From: Haliotis rubra
Lineage: Eukaryota
Direction: 5' to 3'
Assembly (NCBI RefSeq): GCF_003918875.1
Contig: NW_025767209.1
Location: forward strand, 186,001-250,000
Length of the DNA: 64,000 bases
Below are positions 14,202 through 25,564 of this stretch, piece after piece. The position numbers and the translations under genes were made by a program. Numbering within the stretch: position 1 is the stretch's first letter; every line of letters starts with the position of its first letter. A model generated the notes under the pieces. It did no database searches, was not told the DNA's origin, and worked only from the letters and a program-made list of their open reading frames with translations.

Positions 14202-14477
14202 ATGCGATTGATTCTCAGAACGGCCGCCGGGTCCGCCTGTCCTCTCAATCTTCTTTGATTCACTTGCTCGATGACAGTGTGCGAAAATGAAGGAATCGTC
14301 GTTACAGTCAAGTTGGCACGTCTTCTTGTCAATGTTTCTAAAAATGATTGCCCTCTCCTTCATGTTCCCTGTCATCTTAAGTCCACATTCCTTTGAGCTG
14401 CATGTGGAAAGTAAAAACATGTAAACGGCTACTGCTAAGGCACTCTGGAGACAGTTATTTAAACAGAATGGCATCAT
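14202..14477 (-). CDS. Putative first coding exon of the ankyrin gene: signal peptide plus small Cys-containing module
   Basis: MMPFCLNNCLQSALAVAVYMFLLSTCSS-KECG...CQLDC...CH...NQSH, ending at a perfect phase-0 donor CAT|GTAAGT (14202/14201). The phase is compatible with the acceptor at 12894. Confidence 0.55.
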
Positions 14478-14879
14478 CTTGAAGTAATCACCGAAGAGCA
14501 CAGGGACTGAGAACTGGTTAGACGAATAAGAGAGGCTGCTGAACAACGGTTCAGAGATCACTGTCATAGGTATTGTGAGTTCTGACTTTAAGTAGTTTCA
14601 GGACAATGTTTCAGGACATCACGTGACATTACAATGTGGTCATAATGGCAGAGGCTTCAATACATCAATAAAAGAAATGCCAGAGCGTGCTACACCACAT
14701 ATGAGAGATCAGTGGAAACGGAAAACTGAGTTCTTCTTTTACGTGGATGCATCCGGGACATCACGTGGCATAACACACAAGTGAAATCAATAAAGCACAA
14801 GGCTTGACATGTGACTGCCATATATACGACAGTATATTCATTTTTATGCAAACCGAATGGCTCACTAGTCCAGGGCGAT

Positions 14880-15272
14880 CAACACAAAAGGTCCACCAAC
14901 AACTCTACCAACAACCCAACAGGTCCACCACCTTCACTATAAATGCCCCAACTGGTCCACCACCTTCACTATAAACAAACCAACAGGCCCACCACCTTCA
15001 CTATAAAGTACCCAACAGGTCCACCACCCTTACTATAAACAACCCAACAGGTCCACCACCTTCACTATAAACAACCCAACAGGTCCACCACCGTCACTAT
15101 AATCAGCCCACAAGGCCAACTACATCCACCACCTTCGCTATAAACAACCCAACTGGTCCACCACCTTCACTATAATCAACCAAACAAGTCCACCACCTTC
15201 ACTATAAACAACCAAACAGGTCCACCACCTTCACTATAAACAACCCAACAGGTCCACCACCTTCACTATAAT
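14880..15272. repeat. 32-bp minisatellite (AAACAACCCAACAGGTCCACCACCTTCACTAT)n, about 11-12 copies
   Basis: Tandem units are directly visible and abut the LINE 5' region. Confidence 0.92.
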
Positions 15273-16542
15273 CAGGCACCCATGAAGGGCCACCTCCTCG
15301 TGGTGGGTGCTGGGTAACGCTAAGCGCCCTTCAACCCCCCGTTGTGGACCCGGGGGGATATTTGGTCCACCAACCCGTTTGCCGTGGGTTGCGCCCCTGT
15401 GTCGGTGGAGGACGGGAGTCTGGTGGTTGAGGGCAGTAGGAGCCTGGAACCGTGTTCCTATTGCCCAACACACCACTTCGGCCCTTACTTCACCTAGACG
15501 GGTGGTAGAATCGGCCCGATTCTATCAATCGGCTGGTCACGCCATGCCCTGTGCGTAGAAAATATTTTTGCACTTTTGAATAATTGGGTATTGGTCATTT
15601 TGACGTCTAGTGTAGAAAATTATTGATATATTTACTTGCCTAGAGTCCTATGCCAGAAGGCGGTGGCTCATGGGCCAATCTGGCGATGTTGACCGCTGAA
15701 TAATGTATGTCTCTAAGTTATTGTTATGGGCAGAACCACCCTACCAATTAACTTAGTAGACAAATATAGCTATTCAAGTCATATTTGCTTGAGTATAACA
15801 TCCCTGTATCCCTGGTGTTTGCATGCTGGAGACCCGATGCAGTTAGACACCGTCCTCGTTGACACTCCATGGTGGGTGGGGACCAGGGCTGTCGAATCAA
15901 TTTTATATCACCATGGCTCACAATCATTCTGGTTCTAGTCGCAGTGAAAAGAAGAGACGTTTGGAAGCTGAGATATTGTCCTCTGATGATGATATTTCTC
16001 TTCCTCAAAATTCAAATTCCTGGGCACGATTTATTGTCGTTGACTCAAAAGATGGACTCCCTTTGAAAATCAACCCTTTTGCTATTAGCAAAGCAATTGA
16101 AGGCATTTGTGGAGAAGTAACAAATGATTCACGGCTCCGAGGCGGCTCTCTTTTGGTAGAATGTGCCCGACGACCACAGGCTGTTAATCTTTTGAAATGT
16201 ACCACTTTTGTCAATACTGAAGTCACTGTCTCAGTACACCGAACTCTAAATTCCAGTCGAGGGATCATCCGCGACAGAGCCCGTTGTCTCGCGGAAATGA
16301 CTGAGGAAGAAATACTGAAAGAACTTTCTGGGCAACATGTGACCTCAGTGAAACGTTTCATGAGAAAAGATGGAGATGCAATTATCCCAACAAATACTTA
16401 TTTGTTCACTTTTTCGCTGACTGCTATCCCCAAATCCATTAAGGCAGACTATTTTAACATCGGAGTGGAGGTGTATGTCCCCAATCCACTCCGGTGTTAC
16501 AATTGTCAGAAATTTGGACATGGTTCCAAATTCTGCAATTGA
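15273..16542 (+). mobile_element. 5' part of a non-LTR retrotransposon (I/Nimb-like): 5' UTR plus gag-like ORF1, truncated just after the first CCHC zinc knuckle
   Basis: ORF from ATG at 15913 (MAHNHSGSS...) with NPFAISKAI, RLRGGSLLVEC, HRTLNSSRGII and YVPNPLRCYNCQKFGHGSKFC (CX2CX4HX4C), typical of I-group ORF1. Confidence 0.85.
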
Positions 16543-16776
16543 AAATACTCAAACATACTCGAAGACAAACGTTGTTGTGACACAGACACTACAAACAGAA
16601 TCAGTGTTAAACGTTTACAGCTTCAAGGCACTGTAACAATCAACAGAACATAAAACATGAGGAAGGAACGTGTGTTGGTTCCCTGCAAACAATAACGTCA
16701 ACCTTTGAGTATATGTTTGAAGCCAAAAGGAAAAATATAATCTCATCAAAAGCAGAATGCCCTATAAGAATCTCAC

Positions 16777-16870
16777 CTCTGCCACGTCGGATAGCATATC
16801 CGTTGATGAACGGGTCTTCATCTTGGCTTTCTATTGTCGCAAGATGGCTCTCCAAGTAACAACAGTAGGC
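16777..16870 (-). pseudogene. Orphan perlucin-like C-type lectin exon (AYCCYLESHLATIESQDEDPFINGYAIRRGR)
   Basis: Bounded by tttcag| and |GTGAGA. Closely resembles the abalone perlucin segment GYCRYLESHLAIISNKDEDSFIRGYATRLG as I recall it. Flanking lectin exons were not found in the window. Confidence 0.75.
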
Positions 16871-18189
16871 CTGAAAAGTACACTCCATTGTTTAAACAGC
16901 AAGCAGAGGAAGCACGTTCTTCCAAGACGACACCTACCATCTGTACATCTCTTTAAATACGAAAGACTAAATTTTGTTCAAGTCTAGAGAGATATGTCGG
17001 CACATACTTTTATCAGTGACAGAAAAGTGATTTGTAAAATACATGTCCACATCTGCTTTTCTGACTCAGTTGGAATAATTTAAATTTTCGAGCTAACTGT
17101 TTTGAGCAATTTGTTTCAAAGTACATTGTATACAACAACTATGTCTTCTGTAAATGAAGTAAAATAAATAGGGTATATCATGTGTCAGGGGTGATGAGGC
17201 CATCTCATGCTGCAGTTTCACGTCATTCTGTGTTGTTGTTTAACGTTATGTGGTGGCGGTCTGTAGATAACTGAGCCTGAACCAGGCAATACAGTTATCA
17301 ACAGCTTGAGCATTGAATTGAGATACAATGACACGTGTCATTCGAGTCAGCAACCCGGATCGTCATGTATTCATCACATAATTGTGAAAGGCTGAATTTT
17401 GTTAAGTCCAGAACATATTTCTGACAATTCTAACCTTCACAGGTGGTCAGAATATTTCAGCTTGCATTGTATCATGATAAATACTTTATAAGTTGTATGC
17501 TTCTCTCAAGGGTAATACGGTCTGATGTACGCCTCTTTGTAGCAGTAACACCCGAGCTGGAAGGCGCACATCAGACCGTATTACCCGAGGGAGAATCATG
17601 CATCGTGTTTATCTTACCGCCATGTTAAATGTACAAAATATCATTTTATTTTATTTTAAAGATCGCTACTACCGACTATATGACAATTAAACAAAATGGC
17701 GTCTGTCTCTCGACTGGATTTTTAAAATCCATGAAACATATTCTGACAAGCTTAAAACTGCTCTAAAAAAGGTTCATTATTTTTAAATTGAGAGTGCCAA
17801 CGAATAATGTATAAAGTAGTTTAAATAAAGCAGTGAAAGTCGGTAAAATAAATGTGTACAAAGTGAACTAAAAACAGCTAATCGAACGGTTTTCGAACTC
17901 CAGTCACTGCATACGTCATATTACTCAGCGGATAGTTGTTACCGTGGCAGCAGGTAATATCCTCCTGGGAGGGGTGACACGGAAACTTGTTTAAGCGTCA
18001 TTAACCAATAAAATTAAAGTATTTTACATGAAGGTAAGATAAGTGGTGGTTTGATTGTTTGAAGCCCAGTAGGAGAGAGTTAAAGGTGAGAAAAATACTC
18101 TCATGCGATAATACTTACAGCCGCCTCTGGAAACGAACATCGCACGTTTGAGAACCAGTAGCAGGACTTTCTGTGTAGATGAAATCCTA

Positions 18190-18668
18190 GCGGACATCCT
18201 GATAAATGATAATATATCAATTTTGAATGGAAAACTGCTTAATAACATTGATTAATTTATGAAAAAACAGCAACAAAACCCTTGAAAACCTAAAGAAACC
18301 TGAATCGTCGGATACCAACCAGTTAATTTACCAGCACGATCATAATGAACTTATCATTTCTTACAAAACTACAGACAGATCAAATCCTTATTTACAGATG
18401 GATCCAAGGATGATGGTGCAGTTGCTTAGCCACTGTCGTTGTATCGAATAAAATAGCACCCAGATTATCAGACAACAGTTCAATATTTATAGCAGAATCC
18501 AGGGCAATTGTAACAGCTCTCAAATATATCAAAAACCTATTTAAATATAATAGTTTATAATAGTGTCTGATTCCCTTTCCTGTCTTCAGGCCGTAATATA
18601 AGGAATATTTCTAATATACATCCACTGATCTGTGAAGTAATAGAACTGCATAATGCTCATGCTACTAG
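18190..18668 (+). mobile_element. Degraded RNase H domain of an I/Nimb-like LINE
   Basis: Translates with stops and frameshifts as SLFTDGSK...DNSSIFIAESRAIVTALKYI...SDSLSCLQA...HPLI. Homologous to the ORF at 35411-36130. Confidence 0.75.
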
Positions 18669-18942
18669 TCAGGGCGTAGTCTCTAAATGCCTACAGTGAC
18701 AAATGCCTACAGTGTAGAATAAACAAAGTACTGCACCAGTGATTTCAAGCAGCAGTATCTTCTCCCCATTACATAAATGGAACATTCCAACAGACAAGGT
18801 GGACAAATGCCTACACAACGAAAAAAATGCTGGGGTTTTCATATATTTGTGAAATGGAACAATAATTGAATTCATATCTTTACATCTGACAGGGTCAAAT
18901 ATCTTTACATCATCTTATGCATATTTATGCTGAGAATTTGTT

Positions 18943-19364
18943 TTACTCCATCTTCACTAGTCGACCAACAGCACTGAGAAAGTCCAAGGGAGCCTTCACA
19001 CCAGCTCGTAGCTGATCCTTTAGTCTATCAAGCATGTTGTCAATCTCCTTGCACACACGACGTCGTGGCGGTGGTTTAGCTCCATGGATGAACTGAACAA
19101 GCCTGTTCCGTTCGGTCTTCTCCAGCTTCTGAAGAACCTTCACCAACTCAAAGCTGTTTGGATGAGCTCTCATGACGACCTTGTTCAGATGGGAATGCCA
19201 CCCCTCGAGCACTATTTGGGAACACTGCTTCTGTGGCTCTGATGGCGGCGATTTCAAAGTCTGTTTGGATGCTAGTTGGCTGAAGTGGATGTCCAGTGGT
19301 TTCCTGTACTTTCTCACTCAAGAGTCTCAAGAGTCTGAACAGAGAGTCAAGGTAGCAAAGGTAC
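18943..19364 (-). mobile_element. MULE (Mutator-like) transposase fragment, internally deleted
   Basis: TDFEIAAIRATEAVFPN (frame 19148-19330) and LEGWHSHLNKVVMRAHPNSFELVKVLQ (frame 18943-19317) are characteristic MULE DDE C-terminal motifs. Confidence 0.8.
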
Positions 19365-19641
19365 TGTAAGTCCCCATGGTCCCTAGTATGGTGATCGGCC
19401 TTCAGTTGTTGGCGATCTATAACCTGTTTTTATCTTGTATTGTCCTAATAGTGCTATTAATTTTAACCTTCCACACTAGTTTTAAATCTAATTGTGATAT
19501 TCTAGTTGTTTTACTGTCCTTCGATGACAAGTTTTATAATATATACATATTTCATTTCAATGTAAAATGTTCTCGTCACGATATGGCTGAAATATTGCCG
19601 ATGTGACGTTAAATATTAACTCACTCACACACTCACTCACT
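19365..19641 (+). mobile_element. 3' UTR and tail of the RNase H LINE family, ending in (TCAC)n
   Basis: Reverse-complement match to ~34844-35110 (taagtccccatggtccctagt...gttctcgtcacgatatggctgaaatattgccgatgtgacgttaaat...actcactcac). Confidence 0.8.
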
Positions 19642-22487
19642 TAAATGTAAACTTAGCATGTCCAGGCCATTTTTTAATATAACTAAATCAATATTCTTCC
19701 TCTGTTTTATTATTCATTATTATTTATGGAACTGTAAATACCGTCATTTCTTAACCTCCACTGGTCACGTGCAATTTTCCTGACCCAAATTTTGAGAAAA
19801 CATGTCCAAGTATCTTTGGCATTAACTGATAAAATTAAAAAGCACAAATATGATACATGTTCATTCTCTTTATTGCAGCTTTCAACTGCCCCAAAAACGT
19901 GGGCAATGATTTTAAAAGTGACAAAGTGTGAGGTTATAATTGTGATTACAATCATCTTTCTCTTTGCAATAGTCATAACATCCAACAATGTTCAATAGTT
20001 TTATGGGGGATGAATTGATGTGTGGAACTATAATTCAACAATTATTATGCACAAAAAAGGACTTTTTTTATAAAATAGGCTATTTCAAAGACGAGTAAAT
20101 GTTAAAAAAAAACCACTTTGTTCTCCATAGTTCAAATTACACTTACAACTGGAATGGGAAATACTGCATTTATTTAATCTTTGTCTGTTTTTAAAGTAAA
20201 TGGTTATTATGAACAAACAAAAAATAATAAACATTTAATGAGACAGAATGACTCAAGCTGTGAATGATTATCGCTTGAGACTGTGGTAGATATCTGCATT
20301 TAAAACATACGCAAGAACATATTGGTATATATAACATATATAGAATATAGATAAGGCATCATGAGAAAAAAATATGAAATATTTTCAATAGTGATGTTAT
20401 ATGATATCTGCATTTGTCTTTCAACCATCTAAGAAGTGTTGAAACAACTACTAGTGTGCTAAATCATAACACAAACCAAATTAAAGCATCAGGCGTAGCT
20501 TCTGTATTTCTTCTGATTTCAGAGGTACATCGCTGAGTCAATGGCCCTGAAAAAAAAGGAAAAGAAAAACCATGAATAATTACTTCTTTTTTCATGCCTT
20601 AAAGAAAACCATTTATTCTTTTATTGCAGACGGATATTAATTTTATATTAATTTGATTTAGAATAAATAGATATTCCTGATATTTCGTCTACGAATGGTT
20701 TTGGGATGTTGAATGCGTTTGAAATATTACAATACATTACATATCTTTTGAATGATTACAAATGTTAGTAAGAAATGGAAGCGAACTAGCATGTTCAACC
20801 AAAAAAAATGTTCAGCTACAGGTTAGTAGAAAAACAAAAGATGTAAAAGATAAACAGTTGGTTCATTAGGTTAACTGACCAAAAGTAAAGAAAACAACAA
20901 CATTTTTTGCAAGTTTCTTCACAGTTTCCATTTCCAGTTCTTGTTGAAAACTTTTCTCTGGAGCAACTACGTCGTTTTCAGCAATAGTTGGGACATCGAA
21001 AATTTCATTTCTGTAATTTTGTTTCTTTTGACCACGGTTTTTCCTATCACACGCCAGTGTTCAGTATATTTTCCGAGCGAGGGCATGTTCAACCTGACTA
21101 GCCTACAAACCCAATCAGAAAGAACTGTTCTTTTCAAACTGTTACAACTTTGAATTCTACACAATTCTAACACTAAGCCATTCTGAATAACTCCACTCGA
21201 AAGTTTTTCGATATTTCTTAAAAAAAAAAACTCAGGCTGGAGTCCAAACTTCCATAAAATTCATAAACATGACTGATGAAAAGTTTGACTGACTAACTAC
21301 AATTGAGTGTTTGGATAACAGTTTCGATGTCGATGGTGTTCTGCATTGATGTGATTAGCTCCCTGGTGATCAGGGTTTGTGTGGAGACATCTTTGCATGT
21401 AGTCACTTCCTGTTCTTCTTGTACTTCTTCTAAATCCTGGTCAGGAAGGGGTTTGTTGTCTTCCCCTCCCCAGAGGGAATAGGCCTCTGCTCTCATGTCC
21501 ACAATGGTAGTATCAGAGTCATCTGCCCTTTGTTATTCTTCGTGTATTCCAACATTTTCAGTTCAGGTTCATAATCCTTGACCAGTTCAACTTGTGTAAT
21601 TCCGGGACAAGCCGAATGACGACTCGTGCCCCTCTAGAATGATTTCATATTGGCGTATGAACATCAGAACTACTATACACAAGAACGGTAACTCTATCCC
21701 CCTTTGATTAAAATGTTTCTTAATATCATCGAAGCACTGGTACATAGTATTGCTGTTGTTTTGGGTGTTTTTTGTTTGTTTGTTTTTTTATTTTTGTTGT
21801 TTTTTTTTACTTATTTATTTTTAAGAATTAAACCTCTTTGATACAACTAAAAGAAGGAGAGAAACATATTTGCTAAAGACATATTCTTATGTAATTATTA
21901 CCAGCTGTTCACCTTATATTTCCAATTATATTAGTTTTCTAAATAGGGTTTAATATTCACTTATAGGAATTGTTTTGTTGAATATACAAACTGAACACCC
22001 GTGTAACCTTGCTGTCACACCCCTGGTGGAATTTTAAATGAATTCGCTGAAAGACATATGAATGACAAAAACAAAGTGAGACTAAAATATCCCCAGAGAT
22101 GTGAAATATAAACCTGATGTTAAAGAATAATGTTGATTAGTTACATACAGATATAATATTATTGTTTTTAAACTCGTAGCGATTTACACATGTTGGAAGC
22201 GCACATACAATCTCCATAACAAGCCCGCAAGATCGTCAGAAATACACTCAATTAGACCCATGAGAGCCGTTATGTCAACAAACGCACGTGCGTGTATTTG
22301 AATCTCTCGCCGTCCATGTCACTATCCTTACTAAAATCTACACGAGGCAACATAGTTCTGTTAGCTTCATTCCTTGGGCTTTCAATATGACGATATATAT
22401 TTTAGAAGTTGGAAGATAGAACAAGTATATATGGCAGGCAGCTTCTTTAAGTATAGAACACGACGTTTCGAACACGACGCTGTTAAA

Positions 22488-24860
22488 CCAAAGTCACTCA
22501 CTCACTCTTTGTGGCTTACCACTTTCACGTGGTTTCCTCATACAGTCAGCAGAGGATAAAACAATATGTGCAAATTTGCCAACAGCGAGATTAAAATCAG
22601 AATATTTGAGCATTGACAAATCTGTGAGTAACTGACATGACTGAGATAATTTGTTTACGAATCTTTCAGACATGGAGGAGTTCCGTCTATATGTATACCT
22701 CTGGGGTTTGTTAGAGTCAGAAGGAATTTGGTCATAATCAGCTGATTTCATAAAATGACGACATGCTGGCATGTGTTTCGATTCTACTCTGGAATCGACT
22801 AACATATAATTGGTGTCATATTGACAGAACGAATAAAATAATCTACAACACTGCAACCTTGCTGAGCTATATACGTAAAGTTACCGTAACTATCTCCAGT
22901 TGCTCTCCCGTTGAATGTGTATACATTATGGGTAAAACACAGGTCAAGCAACAGCTCACCAAATTTATTGGGGGTCTTGTCACATGACTGCCTATATGGG
23001 GACAGTCGGTTCTTCAGGAAAGGCCAGTGGTCCAGCTGATCTATAGGTGTGGTTTTCTCAGCTGTAACATAAAATGTGGAGCCAACCGTTGAAGTATGCA
23101 TTCCCAAAAAATAATACATCTTTATTGTCTATTATCGTTGTTTAGAACAAACGTGTCTATCTTAAGGCAAAGGGCATTATGTATGCTGGTCTCCATTTGT
23201 TGACAGTAGTCTGCAATTGAGTTGTGCACAAGTAGCATAACTCCGCCCGAGACTCTACCAGCCTTGGCAATCTTATAAGCTTTTGCTACGTATATCTCAT
23301 ACGCATTTAGTTGAGGAAGTGCTCTAACCTTATCTAGCTTGAAAGGCATTCGATAAAATCAGTGTCATCGATTTTGGATATAGATCCTTCGGTGTTCCAA
23401 GTAACATATTTAAGTAGGGAATTAAAGTCAGTTACCTCAGCACCTGGTTGGTTTGTTCGTGACATATGGACCGGGCCTAGCTGTCATCCTCCCTAGCAGA
23501 TCTCCCCTCGGGGTTGGGCGCTTACTCCGCGACTAACTGCTGTCCCCCGGGGTTCGGGGTTGATGTATATACCCCGGGTCAGGGCTGTAAAAGCGCCTGA
23601 TGGGGGTGGGGAGATGACGTCAGTGTCTGTGCTTTGTTCAGCTCAGGACCTCTAGACACTGGCTTGACTTGAAGGAATCTGCAAGGTGTATCGCTGTCTT
23701 GCATTGGTCTTGTTTCCAGTCTACCGTTCTTGTAGGCATCGAGTCCTTTACTACGAAGGTCAGCCAGAGTGTCTCTCTGTTAGATCGTTAGCTACGCCTA
23801 TCCCACTACTTCTCAACGTGTCTCTCTGTGAGATCGTTAGCTACGCCTATCCCACTACTTCTCAACGTGTCTCTCTGTGAGATCGTTAGCTACGCCTATC
23901 CCCTACTTCTCAACGTGTCTCTCTGTGAGATCGTTAGCCACGCCTATCCCGCTACTTCTCAACGTTTCTCTCTGTGAGATCGTTAGCTACGCCTATCCCG
24001 CTACTTCTCAACGTGTCTCTGTGAGATCGTTAGCTACGCCTTTCCCAATACTTCTCAACGTGTCTCTCTGTGAGATCGTTAGCTACGCCTATCCCCTACT
24101 TCTCAACGTGTCTCTCTGTGAGATCGTTAGCCACGCCTATCCCGCTACTTCTCAACGTTTCTCTCTGTGAGATCGTTAGCTACGCCTATCCCGCTACTTC
24201 TCAACGTGTCTCTGTGAGATCGTTAGCTACGCCTTTCCCAATACTTCTCAACGCGTTTTTCTCTGAGATCGTTAGCCACGCCCATCCCACTACTTCTCAA
24301 CGCGTTTCTCTCTGAGATCGTTAGCCACGCCTATCCCACTACTTTTCAACGTGTCTCTCTCTGAGAACGTTAGCTACGCCTATCACACTATTTCTCAACG
24401 TGTCTCTCTCTGAGATCGTTAGCCACGCCTATCTCACTACTTCTCAACGTGTCTCGATGTTTGAGTTCAGAGGTCTTCTCATCAGTGTGATTAAACTTGG
24501 CCATAAGTGGGCGTGGTTTATCGGGTTTGGAGTTTCTACCTATGCAATGCGCCCATAAAATATCGCCTTTACTCCACTCCATATGTCGATTCAAAACTGA
24601 CACAATATTAATCCTTACACGACTCAAACGATTCATTTTGCTGTTCAGGTAGACCATAGAAATCTCCTGGACGCCGCTAGTCTATCTATCTCTGACCCGG
24701 GAGCTGACACTATTTTCTCTAGATTTACGGTAGCTTGCTCATGCCTCGACTTTATTACGCGTATCAGAAATGGATGTTTCTTATGTGATGCATCTTGGTA
24801 ATACGAGCAGCAGTTTGGAATACGCTCGCTCAGAGTGTATAAGATACACTTCACTGTAGG
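22488..24860 (-). mobile_element. Decayed LINE (CR1/RTE-X-like): ORF1 plus APE endonuclease portion, copy 1
   Basis: ORF1 remnants KPRPLMAKF...LRSSEIGVANDL. Endonuclease remnants GRVSGGVMLLV, NKFGELLLDLC, GNFTY..QGCSVVDYFI and ESKHMP. Paralogous to 51357-53525. Confidence 0.8.
23771..24455. repeat. 49-bp minisatellite (GTCTCTCTGTGAGATCGTTAGCTACGCCTATCCCACTACTTCTCAACGT)n, about 14 copies, inside LINE ORF1
   Basis: Tandem units are visible with period 49 (23771 to 23820). The paralogous locus at 53010-53115 has only about 2 copies. Confidence 0.93.
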
Positions 24861-25189
24861 CGTATTAATAATAATATTGTTAAATTTTCGAATATAGCAT
24901 TTTACTCACATTAATCAAATTTCGCATTAAATTACTTACAATTAAATAAATTTTCACATTGAGTTAACAAATCGTTTGCATTGAATATAGTATTTTCAGG
25001 AAAGTATCTAAAGTAACTATCGGATTCATAAAATTAGCTGGGTTTTGGGGGGGGGTGTTGTTTCAAATATTATGTGTGTGATATACTGATAGTGTGAGAA
25101 AAAGGCTGTGCACTTCTTGATATAAATTTGAATGCCTCATGGGATTTTGAGGTCTTGAGGAATGGCCAACATGACTGATTGCCAAGTTC

Positions 25190-25320
25190 GTGTTTAGTTT
25201 TTAGCAATATTCCATCAATATCACGACGGGGGTCACACGTTGTACCCATGTGGGGAGTCGAACACGGGTCTTCAGCGAGACGAACGAACACTTTAACCAC
25301 TTGGCTACCCCGGCGCCCAA
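25190..25320 (-). mobile_element. tRNA-derived SINE (family A)
   Basis: Reverse complement reads ggtagccaagtggttaaagtgttcgttcgtctcgctgaagacccgtgttcgactccccacatggg (A-box and B-box), followed by the shared gatatt...gaatattgctaaaa tail. Confidence 0.8.
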
Positions 25321-25564
25321 CCTTAACAACAGAGGAGTGTGTGAAAAACCAAAGACTGTTGGTTGTATCTGTGTAACGGATGCCTTGATTAAGTGACATG
25401 TCATACTATTAGCAAAAGCCTTAATCACTGAAGCATTGATGACCGTGTAAACATCTTGTTGGCTGACCGGGACCATCATAAGGCACAGCTGGATCTGTCG
25501 ACGATGTATCTAAACATTATCTAGTCTCCTTGTGTTCGGACAACAGGGTTCGACCGCATAAATA

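Noticed and set aside
14880-15272. CRISPR-like appearance of the 29-33 bp repeats (also 29390-34450, 49787-50052, 55971-57013)
   Set aside because: The repeats are head-to-tail with no unique spacers and no cas genes, and the context is eukaryotic.
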